NCBI RefSeq assembly: GCF_000150275.1
Contig: NW_002060953.1
Location: 352,286-416,285, forward strand
From: Trichoplax adhaerens
Taxonomy: Eukaryota > Animalia > Placozoa
DNA length: 64,000 bases
Direction: 5' to 3'
The position numbers and the translations under genes were made by a program. Below the pieces are notes generated by a model. That model searched no databases, was not told the DNA's origin, and worked only from the letters and a program-made list of their open reading frames with translations. The stretch's first letter is position 1. Each line of letters begins with the position of its first letter. Shown one piece after another: positions 47,831 to 64,000 of this stretch.

Positions 47831-48735
47831 GTCTATGGATATGCATCAAAGCTACGTCTGTTAGCAACATGGAAGTCAATCAATAAATCGAAAAAGAAAT
47901 AAAATAGCCATCTTTTTACTCCATTTCTGGTTTCAGTTGGTTGACTAAGGAATGCCTATGACATGATATTTGCACTGGGAAGGTCGATCGTCCTTGTGAC
48001 TCCTAGCGTCTCCGTTTTCCACTACAGTTACGCTTAGAATGGATTTCCTACCATCACGTGATGTTGTGATGATCCACTGATGATTGGCTAGCCATTTCGC
48101 TTTCTACTGTACTGTAATAGGACGACCTAGAGTAGAAATAATATCCAAGGTTGATTACTATAGGCATTCCATGCAGCCGTGACATTTAATTTGCACACCA
48201 TTTGCTATCGGATTTGAACTCTGACCTCTTGATCCCCTTCGTTATTTCCCTAGAATTCCAACTTCAATTTAGGACACCGTATAGCAAATGAGACGTATGG
48301 GCCCCTAAAAACTCGTCCTATTCCGTATTGCAAATAGGATCTCAATGACAACATGGCTATCTCATCCTTGCGGCACTGGCTCAGTTGAAATCCTAAAGAG
48401 CATCGATGACATCATGCTTCGTTAATAAGGACAGTACAGTATCCAACCACCCCACAGAAGCGGTAGTAAGGTCAATGTGAACTGGACAGTATTAGTCAGC
48501 AAAAAGTCGTCAACTGAACCGATACGTACCGTACCGAACCGAACCGTCCTTTCTCTGGTCCAGTATTAGACCTGGAAGACCCTCGAGAGACCCTCCCACC
48601 GGTACTGCAACTGAGTGTGCAGCTGGTATACTACGCAGTCGCATTGCAACAGTCCTCCCCTCCAAATTAGAGATCTAAAAACTTCAAAACAACTGGATAG
48701 CATAGGTGCAAAATTCGCAGTTCTACTCTACAATC

Positions 48736-53343
<4,608 letters not shown>

Positions 53344-53896
53344 TATCGCTAATATCTTGTCGCATTTACAGCATATAGCTTAAGTTCTAATTAGTGATTA
53401 AAAACTACAAATAGAGTATGATCCAATTGTACCGGTAAAACTTTGCTCAATTTAGACCGTGAACTACATCGTATAATTGCGTACACACATATTCATCTTT
53501 TATGATATAGAATTGCAACTGTTCAACTGATGTATAATTTTAAGATTATTCATGCATATGGTAACCATTGACAGACATAAATACATGGATAAAATGATAT
53601 CAGAAATAATCGGTTGCTGTAGAAATGTAGATATTGATAACGTAGATTTATGGTTCTTTTTCAATGATAGTAGAGCACTTGAGCTACAGTAGTACGTAAG
53701 TAGATATCACTATAAGTGCGTATATTCCATTCAGCCATACTAAGTAGCAGCTTCAATGAATTACCTCAATCATTGTAATGGATTGATTTAACCCCTGTAA
53801 CTGAAATGTCACAAATAAAAAATGGAATAGAACCGAAATTTTTTTTATTGGTCAAAAGTTTACATTGTATACAGAAATAACATGAGCTACAGTCTC

Positions 53897-55646
53897 TTAA
53901 AACTTTTGAAATTGCTTCTTGCCAGATTGTTGTTTCGTTACTTTCAGAACATTAAAACGCACAGTCTTACTTAACGGTCTGCATTGACCAACAGTTACAG
54001 TATCGCCAAGTTGCACATCCCTATTATCAAGACCAATAAGCAATTCAGTTAGTCCTTACTACTCAGCGACAGCCAGAGCATCACATGTTGAACATATATT
54101 GCATTAGCCGCAAGTTTAACAAGCTAATAGAATATTTTAGCCGACAACCACATACGTATGCAACAACAAGTAAGAATGACTTACGGGAAACAAGGAGATA
54201 AATGTACAGCCAAGTTCTTATGACGTTTCTCATATCGATTATACTTTTTGATGTAGTGAAGATAATCCCGTCGAATGACAATCGTCCTCCTCATCTTCAT
54301 TTTAGCAACTACACCGGTCAGGATACGACCACGAATGCTAACATTACCAGTAAAAGGACATTTCTTATCAATGTATGTTCCTTCCGTAGCCTAAATAAAG
54401 ATAATTGCAAAGACTTTTAGTGCCGCAATTATTTTATTCAACAGGATGAGCAAGTCATACGTCCAAGTAGTTTGTTTTATAACCGAAAAGTAGTAGTAAA
54501 TAGTTTACACCCCATTGATACAGTTGCAACCTTAAAAGGAAGTCACAAACATCCACAACAAAGTTTCAACCGTGAAATCGAGCGCGATCTTACCTCTCTT
54601 GGAGTTTTAAAGCCTAAGCCGATATTACGAACGTAGCGGCGATCTTTTCTTTTTGTAGCAAGCACATTCTTTTTATTTTGAAAGATAGTCGGTTGTTTCT
54701 GATAGGCTTTCTCAATCTACAGAATTATAAGATGATTCAACTTATTGTGGAATCAGTACCGATGGACGCAAAGTCACATACTATCATGACAATTATACAC
54801 ACATATTTTGGTTATTTTAGTCAGTGAATTAGAAACTGCTGTATACCTCATTTCTATATGCTAGACAGTAAGCAATTATAGCATTTCATCTGTACTAAGT
54901 TTGTAATATTGTCCATAAAGCTAATCACTACACAATATCTAGAATGTAGCATGTCTTTCCAAATGGTATTGGAATTCGTATCTACTCTATAGCATCACGC
55001 TGGGTACGTAGTAGCCTGTATGATCGACATTTCAATCTTTTCCTATGTATCAAGTCCAATTCTATCAGGCATAGTGGATTATAGCATCCTCCTTGATACA
55101 TCTATAAGCAATAAACCACAGCTAAACTGAAAAGGAATGATTGCAAGAGACCCTATTTGGTCAGTCATGTACTTTCTCTTCTAGCCAGCAAGGAGGCTAG
55201 GATTCAAGCCGTTTTGATCGAGCAACTACTTTACCCATATCATTATCTACAAGGAATGTCGATCGTCATCACTGGACAAGAAGATCGCTGTAATAAGCGA
55301 ATATTGAATTTCTTTAACCCATTAATATACAGAAATAGAAGATGATAATACAAAGTGGAAGCTTTCCAAGTAAGGCAGATACACGTCTAAAGGTTTAATG
55401 CACATGGTGTAAAAATTGCCTACAGTCAATCTACTTGTCATCCAGTATCGACTAATGCATGTCGTTCTCATTGTGAATTCCACGATAGCAAAGTCATTAC
55501 ACTAGCTCAAACACTTAAAATAGTAAAAAGTACATCATAAATCATTCCTTCAAGCTAGGAAATAGAGAGAGAAGGCAATTTTCATCACTTCTATCGAGTA
55601 AAAGTAAACACTGTCTTGCTAGAACGAGACCTACCTGTTCCGCCAT
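53897..55646 (-). CDS. RPS11: 40S ribosomal protein S11 (uS17), 154 aa, 4 exons
   Basis: Exons 55646-55635, 54716-54594, 54390-54185 and 54020-53897 read [18 protein letters not shown]...[34 protein letters not shown]...[17 protein letters not shown]...KQFQKF*. Confidence 0.97.
54942..55101 (-). ncRNA. Candidate intronic H/ACA-type RNA in RPS11 intron 1
   Basis: 10-bp stem 55101-55092/55054-55045, then an ANANNA-like hinge (AAAAGA), then a second stem ATGTC/GACAT with inner CTACT/AGTAG, then ACA at 54947-54945. No target identified. Confidence 0.3.
55161..55272 (-). ncRNA. Candidate intronic C/D-box snoRNA in RPS11 intron 1
   Basis: Perfect box C GTGATGA (55272-55266), box D CTGA (55164-55161), internal CTAGCC/GGCTAG hairpin. 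No clear terminal stem or target. Confidence 0.25.
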
Positions 55647-55654
55647 GATGATGA

Positions 55655-55970
55655 ATTGCTGAAAGGAAGGAACGTAAGCATGTGAGAGCCTTAAAAAGGC
55701 GAGGGGTGGCCCAATAGCACGCTGAAATTTGCAAGGGTTCTCTGGCGCATGCGTAATTGGATCTATTACAACCTTACCCCATGCACGCGATACGCTTGCC
55801 GTACAGTACAGTAGTCAGAAAAAAACAGGATTGTACTGTACACTGTACACTGTAACTTGCGACTGCGCAGTACAAACAAGACGTCCTGTCCTATCGTACT
55901 CTACTGTATGATACACAACAGTACGACAGGCTAATTCGCTACTCGGTGCTATACCAGCTGTACTGTACGT
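55655..55970. promoter_or_regulatory. Bidirectional RPS11/CWF19L1 promoter with a TCT/5'TOP-like start
   Basis: Minus-strand TTCCTTCCTTTC (55672-55661) just upstream of the RPS11 ATG; CCAAT near 55711; NRF1-like GCGCATGCG at 55745-55753; clustered TAC(A/T)GTA. Confidence 0.6.
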
Positions 55971-56212
55971 GAAGGACTTGAGCAATCTTGTTCTCTAGCT
56001 GCTGCAGAAAGCAGAACTGGAATGGAAGAAATTCATCGTCCACTTTGACTTTTTTTCCCAATAGGTCCGGATAAAAAGTGTTGCATTTCTATCTCAGTAA
56101 TAGGTTGCATTATTAATGGATCTCATACTCTTTTCATTGATTAGCTTTTACAACAATCAACATTCTACAAATCGACAGCCTCATCCAAACTGAAAAGTGG
56201 ATCGACATAATT

Positions 56213-59200
56213 ATGGCTTGCAAAATGTAAGTGATTGTAATGAGAATAATTTCAATGGCATGGACTACTGGGTGATTGCATACTAGTATCACATCTTATG
56301 GTTTATTTTATATGTGGGGAAATGACCGATAAATTGAACACGATCAATCTCTCCATACTGAACTACAGTATCATTTCGTGACGATCATCATCATCATCTA
56401 CCTGCTAGCTGCAAACGTCATGAACCACATCATGTCGATCAGTCAGCTAAATGATCAAAGTATTTGAAATAGGGTATTGCATGAACAACTATTTTATAAT
56501 AGTTATTTTCTATAGCTAAGCATGCTTTAAATGCTATGGTACCTATCTTTCATTTCACTATGAGCAATGGTTCGAGAATAAAACTACACTATCATCGTCA
56601 ATGAAAGTCGACAACCTTGACAACGTAGCTAATACAACCCAATTTACATCCATCCATCCACACTTATCATCCCAATCAGCGTACCTAAATGCAAGCGATA
56701 ATTATATTATACACATAGCAAGAGCTCCTTCCAATACACATGTCTGTGCCTACAGGATGCTTTAAATGCTAATGATAGCTAATTCACTGATTGTCTTCAA
56801 TTTCGACAATGGCTAGAGAATGGCTGCGCTTACCGCAACTGGACACCTAGCAATGATAACGTAGCTAGTACAGTACAACGCAGTTTACCTTACCAACTCC
56901 CTTATACGCGTACTATCCCAAATTGGTATGTAGAAACGCCAATCGTTATTGCACCGTTAAATGCAAAACTTCTAGCACTTTAAGTACTATGGGTCTGTCG
57001 GCAACTCTATTATTGACAATGGCTAGAGAAGAACTAGAACGGTACGCTTTGCAACGATGATGACCTAACCCAACACAGTCTACATACTTTACATTAATAA
57101 TTACACCCCATATTTGTAGTATTACGCGTAAACGCAAATTATAATTGCATTGTTACAATACTAAACTAAAAGTCTGCTTCATTGAATTAACGAAACCTAC
57201 TTTGACTGCATGTGCTGTAGTTTAGCTTGTGGTGATATTAAAGGAAGACTAACGCAACTATTTGAACGAGTTCGTTCTGTACAAAAAAAAGCCGGCAATT
57301 TTGAGGTAAGAATGTTTCTCTACATGATTAGTATCATATGCTTCATACTGCTTATATATGCTTATACAGTAAATCCTTTATGCTTTATATGCTTTATATG
57401 ATATATCGGAGTATCTTCACACAAGGACGATATCGTACTTATTAATGCAAATGGTTACTAACCAAATTCATCATGATCATTTACTGATCATCAATACAGA
57501 TTGTACAAAGATTTTATTACCTTTGCAATATTCGTCATAATCTTCACTTTCTACCATTTCTTAGATGCTGGTATGTGTTGGATCATTTTTTTCCAGTGAA
57601 AATCATCATCATGAGGAATTACAAAAATACATCGATGGTCAGCTAGAAGGTTGGATATTTACTATCATTAATTTATTCCTGCCTACGGCGGTGCAAATTT
57701 ACAACGTAGTTTAACTTATACCATCTTCCATCATCGTTGTAATTTATTACAATAATGCCTATTTGCACATTGCGTAATATATTTTGATATACAGCACTTA
57801 CCAAAAATTGAAACTCGGCTTGCTTCTTATTATAATTCACCAGTTCCTATCCCAACTTATATCCTTGGTCCAAATACTGATGATGAAACTGTGCACTACC
57901 GGGATCAAGAGATAGAAGGTGGTGAAATATGTCCAAATGTAACTGTCCTAGGTACACTAGATATATAGACTGACCTACCTTTTGATCATTTTTATTGAGG
58001 ACTCCCTTCGGCACAACTTTTATCTATCATTAAGGATATTCATTTATAAAATTGATTGAAATCTTACTAGGAAAGAGAGGCATCTTCACTACCCTTTCTG
58101 GTCTCTCTATTGCTTATATGAGCGGACAGGATGGTAGTAATTTGCAACCCTCAAATGTTCAGGTGAATGTGCTTATGCAATAGTACCGTCTACCATTACC
58201 TATCATCTCTACTAAACTATCTTAATCAATTAGAAACATCATTTCGTCGGAGATGACATCAACTATTTTGCAAAAAAAGCCAATGACTCCAACTTTCAAG
58301 GTGTAGATGTTCTTTTAACTTCACCCTGGCCAAAGGGAATATGCAATTTTGTCCAACCACCGGTACGTACGCATTTCAATACTATCTTCTACAGATTTTA
58401 GTAAGGCTAATACAATACTGGATAGTGTGTGGCAATGATAGTATTTGGAACATTAATCTTTTAGATATCAAAAATAATTATATAACTTTCTCTGCGTAGG
58501 AAAATTATAATAAAGATTCTGGTTCTAGTTTGGTTTCACACTTAGCGTCAATATTGAAGCCTAGATATCATTTTTCTGGTACGGAAGGTTTGTTTTTCGA
58601 GCGTCTACCATACAGGTATGGAAATGTTTTGACTAATTGGCTTTTAGTTTAAATTATTTTACACTTATTTATACTTGCATTAATTTATAGATTAATTGAA
58701 AATAATATTTACTAGAAAAATGTTTAAATATGTTGTTGCCTAGGAACGATAAAGGCACATACGGAAAAACTCAACATGTCACGCGTTTCTTAGGGCTAGC
58801 ACCGGTTGGTAATGAAGAAAAGTTAAAGGTACAGGCTTTTGTAGAGCTCGATTAGTTATACCACATATGATTATACGCAATGTCTATCAATATTGGACAC
58901 TTACCATAGCTACTAATGTCGTAAATAATAGTACCTGTATGCCTTCAACATTGTGCCTATTCCACACATACCTCGGGAAAAGTTGACTGTAATTCCTCCA
59001 AGTGTCACTAACTTTCCATACAGCAGTTTGGAAAAAGAACAAAGTCATAATGCAGACCAGTCAGCACAGCCTTCAGGCGGATATTTTTATGATATGGGAA
59101 ACGCCCAAAATCAGCGTCCTTACCAGCAGAAAAGGAGGCGTTATGACAACGAAAACCCAGGTTAGTAGTTTACATCCGATAATTATATAAAGTCACCTAC

Positions 59201-60943
59201 ACTTACCATCATTTATGTCACGAGTAATAGCTACTTGGAAGCAAGTTATAAATATACACGAAAGGAATTGTATAAATTAATACTTTATGTATTATGCTTT
59301 TATTTGTATAGAATTATTATTCGTCTACAGCATATTAATAATAGTTGATCAATAACGACAGTTGTATGCTTTCTAATTGCAAGGACATTTTGGAGGCCAT
59401 AAACATCATAAAGGAGAACGGAATCCAAGACAACGTTAGCACAATTATACTAAACTTTCTGATTCTTAATCACTGTCGTCGCTATATCTTCAAGTCTCAT
59501 TTTAGTTTATAACTCCTTTCTATATCCCTGTTCGTAGCTGTTTCTCGTGGCCCTTGCTGGTTTTGTCTTGGTAATGCTGAAGTTGAGAAACATTTAGTAA
59601 TAAGCGTTGGAATAGACGTGAGTTGGAAGGGTTTTCTTGGCTTACGATTATTTCTATACTGGATAAAGTAAATCTTCAAATTTTTTCCCCAGTCTTATGT
59701 AGCTTTAGCTAAAGGTGGACTAACTTCTGAACATGTCCTAATAATACCTATTGGTCACTTTCCTTCATCACTACATCTTACAGAGGTTCTTTTATTCGTG
59801 ATATCACTGAAAACTATAATATCTTTAAAATTCACTAACGTATAACATTGCCTTTCTTACAGCAAGCAACAACCGAAATTAAAAAATATCCTTTTAAATT
59901 TCGCATTGGCTGTCTTTAATAGACACGATAGCTAAATTGCTTTATGACTTATTAGCTGCATAAACTGAATATAGTACATGCTGCCATTAAAGTCGATTAA
60001 ATATAATCTACCGATTTTCCTATACAAAATTACGTATAAAGATTCATTAAGAAAATTCTTCAAAAGTTTAGGGAAAGAGTGCGTTATCTTTGAAAGAAAT
60101 TTTCGTAGTCAACACTTACAATTGCAAGTAAGTAAAGTTTTGCATATACAAGATATAAAATCGCTCTAGATAATCATATTTCGATACTTATAATGCGACT
60201 ATATTCCAGGTTGTACCTATACCTAGCGGTACTACAAATATAGCGAAAGAGCTATTCCAAGAATTAGGCGAAACAAATTCGTTAACGTTCCAGTTACTCC
60301 CCAGTAATATCGATTTAACAAAAGTAAGATTAACTTACTACTTGGTACTCTTGAAAATTTGTTATTTATTAATAAGTAAGATGCTATCAGTATTAGAGAA
60401 CGATTAAAAACCTAAGATAAATCATAAGTGTGCCATCTAAAATGTACGTATGTCATAATTCTGCTTAACGGTGATATTACTGTCTCGTTTTCTATAGATC
60501 ATTTTTCTGTTAAGAAGTTAACTACACTAATTTTTTAACAAATGCTTACGGTTAAAGTATGCTCTGAGTGATTGTAATATTTTTATACTTATGAAGATAT
60601 TATCAGAAGGGTCACCGTTCTTCCTTGTAGAGTTTGACGACGGTGAAATGTTATTGCATCGCATTCGTGGAAAATTTCCCTTACAGTTTGGAAGGTATAC
60701 GAAGTCTATATCTTGATTGCATAAACTCCTGTAGATGGTAAATTATTAAATAATAGCTTCATTCTAATACTATACCTTGTTAACAATTTTGTGAAACGTA
60801 GGCAAATTTTAGCGAGTGAAAGTTTGCTAAATATGCCCGACCGTGTTAACTGGAAGGATTGTGAAATTTCTGTTGAAGAGGCTACACAGAGTGCGCAGAG
60901 TTTCAGGAAAATGTTTAAATCGTTCGATTTCAACTTAAATTAA
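56213..60943 (+). CDS. CWF19L1: CWF19-like protein 1 (metallophosphoesterase-like N-terminus plus CwfJ C-terminus), multi-exon
   Basis: [134 protein letters not shown]. Stop at 60941-60943. Confidence 0.95.
59886..60033 (+). other. U12-type (minor spliceosome) AT-AC intron in CWF19L1
   Basis: 5' end ATATCCTTTT; branch-like TTTTCCTATAC 8 nt before the intron end; terminal AC. Removal restores ...[20 protein letters not shown]. Confidence 0.9.
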
Positions 60944-63900
60944 CTGTAAATGATATATTTTCTCTGTTATGTAAATAAAAATCCTTGCGATAGCGTTTAC
61001 AACCTGAATTAGCAATGATAGTATGCTCACATCAGTATTACTGTCTACGGTCACTGTTTAATTTAAGATGGCGTGCCAAAGGCTTGTAGTAAATAGCACG
61101 TAGTAATTGACCGATTTTTACACTATCGTGTGCTATAGCTGTAGTAATGTTTAATTTTATGTACCTGCGAGCACCGACTTGTGTTCTGCTGTATATCCTC
61201 TATTAACGATTATTGCCCAGTAAAGTTTTCAGTTGTTATTTCGTTTATAAATTTTCTACCATGCTAGTATTCTTCAATTCTATGTCTGATCTAAATGATT
61301 CAATTGATTCAGCTATTGGTATTTTAATGATGTAGATTTTGTAATTTTTATAGTATCAATCGCTGCTGTAAAATATACCTATCATTAACTAATCGCAGTT
61401 GGCTAAGAATTGTGTCAGCAAAGTCATCTTGACTTTGTAATATGAAAGAATTAGCACTTTATGCGGAAAAGATACCATTAACTGATTGTGGGTCGTCAAG
61501 TCTCAATTTACAAAATGTTGGTGTTGCACATTATTAGTATTATAATTTATTGGCAACTACCGTATATCATATGTTGGAGATATTTAAAGCCAAGAAAAGA
61601 ATCATTTTGGATAAAAATAAATTACTGTCTTCATTTTTATAGTTTGTCACTAGGGTTTCCCAAATTACAGTGTCCTGTATGATTTTGGCATGGCTATAGC
61701 TTGAAAGATGATTTCTCCGTGATAATATCGTTTTAGTCTGAAACAAATGTCACCATTATCACAACTATTAAGTAGAGGAAAAGCTTTTGCTAATAGTCTC
61801 TGTTTCATATTAGTCATAATCTGCATACCTTATAGAGGATATAACAATTTCTTTGTATGTTCTCACACGCATGATTATCGAAAATCACTGCAGTAACATT
61901 AATTAGCCAATAAAATCTACTAATATTAGCTAACACTATTGTTTCGGATATCAAAGCCGAAAGCTGCTATGTTAGCTATATAATATACCTAATGATATTA
62001 ATTACAGTATAATCAATCTTAAATGATTACAACCTTTTGCGTACAACTTTAGAGCCGCATATCTTGTATATCTAAATAATTAGGTCATTTTAAATTCAAC
62101 TACAAGAACATATCACAAACCGTCTTGTATCTAATATGCAGGATATATCCTCGTTTCTAGATCTTGGACTCTTGGTTACAGTTTGTTGCAACTTAAATTT
62201 TGGATTTAATACCTAGAGCATGGGTCAGCGAACTATCTCGAACCAAATGATTCTTGCAACTCTAATATTTTTACATTAAAAGTGATCGCGTATATCAAAA
62301 AATCTTTGGTTTTCCAATATTATACCCAGATTTGCAAATTCTTTTAATGAATACAAAATCAGCAGGATAATCTTTTCAAACAGTTTCCTCTGGCAATCGA
62401 TTTTTGGGGCTTACTTCTCAATTAAATACAAAACAAATTCATATAGCCAATTAGCTCACTACATGAAAAGTGAAGTATTACTATAAATGAACAAAAATAG
62501 ATTTAATAAAAAAATAAGTCAAGGTGACATAAAGATTTAAGGGAAATGTTTGAACTTGCATTAAACTTTGAGTAAAACATATACTGCTATATCACAGTAA
62601 AATTTATACTATTAATTATTATTTGTAGATTTATGTTTATATATAAAGAGCATTTTCTGAGAATTAAGTATCAATAACATTTTACTATTCTCTATTCCAT
62701 AGGAATATAATAAAACTGATAATAACTATAGATTGGACGAAATCCTTAAAAATATAGGTGATTCTACAGCAATTTCTTAGAGATAAGAATAAATATTTTG
62801 TATGGTATTTATTGACGCCATAGCGATAAATCGGACATATATAATTATATGCAGCATTTTATATAGCAACAGTTATTATTTGAGAATGCATCAGAAATGT
62901 GCATAAGTTTACTAAGTTAGATGATACTATATGAGATAGGCTAATCTGAACACGATTGGCTTCGAAAATAGCTATATTTTTTGTGCGTGAGTAGTGATTA
63001 ATCTATCACATCTACTATGTATTTTAAGGTAGAAGTATAAAACTAGAATATAAACTAAATACTCGTGCAGATTAGAAAAAATATCTAAGTTTATATCTAA
63101 ATTATTTTATAGAAATACTCAGTTTGTGGCATTAAGTAATACCTAGAAAGTGTAATTCGAAAAATACTGATGATGAGCTTTTTATAAATGAATGTCAGCG
63201 TTCACATTTAACACTGTTTACACATTCGTTTATGTACGTAGAGAGAAAAAGCTATAGTTATACTCCACACAAGAAACACTACAAATTTTAAATATTTCAG
63301 CCATTATATACGTAGATTATCGATGCTATTTAGCTTACCCAGTATATAGTTTGAAGCCTGGTCGTAATTCACATGATAGATATTCAGCTATTCAACCTTA
63401 GATTCAGTACGGATCGGTCTAGGAGAGATTATCCTGCAGACTTGGAAAAATTTATTTTTATAAACAATGGCAGGAAAATCATTATCAACACCACAATTTA
63501 TAAATTGCTTATGGATGGTACCACAAATTCCCTATCGCCATGTTTCGTAATGGTAAAATTTTGATTGTCAGCCTTGCCTAAATTTATCAAAATAAGGATA
63601 AGGTGCTATAATACGAAAATAATGTTGTACATGTGCATATATTTATGACAATAGTAAAAAACTATCATGAAATTCTACATTCTAACCCGGAAAGTAATTT
63701 AGTAATCTCATGATAAGCACTATTGTTCTTATTACCTATAATGATTACTTGATTAATTCGATAGACTATGGATTTGAACGAACATACAATAAAACAGAAT
63801 CTGATTTCATGATTAAAGTCCATTTTATTTTTTAAAAGAAGTAAAATTTAGTAATTTAAGTCATGCAAATAATAACAGACAATCAATGCGTTGCTTCAAC

Positions 63901-64000
63901 AAGCCTACAACAATTGCAACCTATTCATGGAATAGTGTGAAAAGGAAAATGCGAAAATCAAGCGTATACGTTACGCCGATATTAATGTAAATAAGTACCA

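Noticed and set aside
54040-54095. snoRNA-like segment in RPS11 intron 3 (GCAAT...CTGA-ATTGC)
   Set aside because: Box C is degenerate (GTGATGC) and misplaced relative to the stem; no SNORD35-type guide recognised
61000-64000. Exon-like fragments, including DYPAD peptides near 62365 (-) and 63430 (+)
   Set aside because: Interrupted by stops, no coherent gene model, similarity too short to exceed chance

Overview
AT-rich, gene-dense, intron-rich animal genomic DNA from a draft assembly (N gaps at 276-325 and 3295-4054). The short (~70-200 nt) internal introns and the gene content suggest a compact non-bilaterian genome such as a placozoan (Trichoplax-like); this is an inference. The ORF track misses most genes because they are spliced. 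By reading splice sites and translating by hand I find, in order: a PARP3 catalytic-domain fragment (-); two head-to-head mTERF-family genes with uninterrupted coding regions (the minus-strand one carries a frameshift); DIS3L2 (+); FARS2 (-); a canonical Ras (-, 9 coding exons); an internally deleted ALDH3 duplicate followed by an intact tail-anchored ALDH3 (+); RPS11 (-) head-to-head with CWF19L1 (+). Notable non-obvious features: a U12-type AT-AC intron in CWF19L1; a GC-AG intron plus 18-nt microexon in FARS2; a solo-LTR candidate with target-site duplication; a TIR element candidate; candidate intronic snoRNAs in RPS11; and gene-specific tandem arrays at the 5' ends of most genes. No CRISPR, rRNA or tRNA was seen. 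I cannot support a wholly new system. The best lead is the divergent mTERF pair with an ATG-free 120-bp array abutting one start codon.
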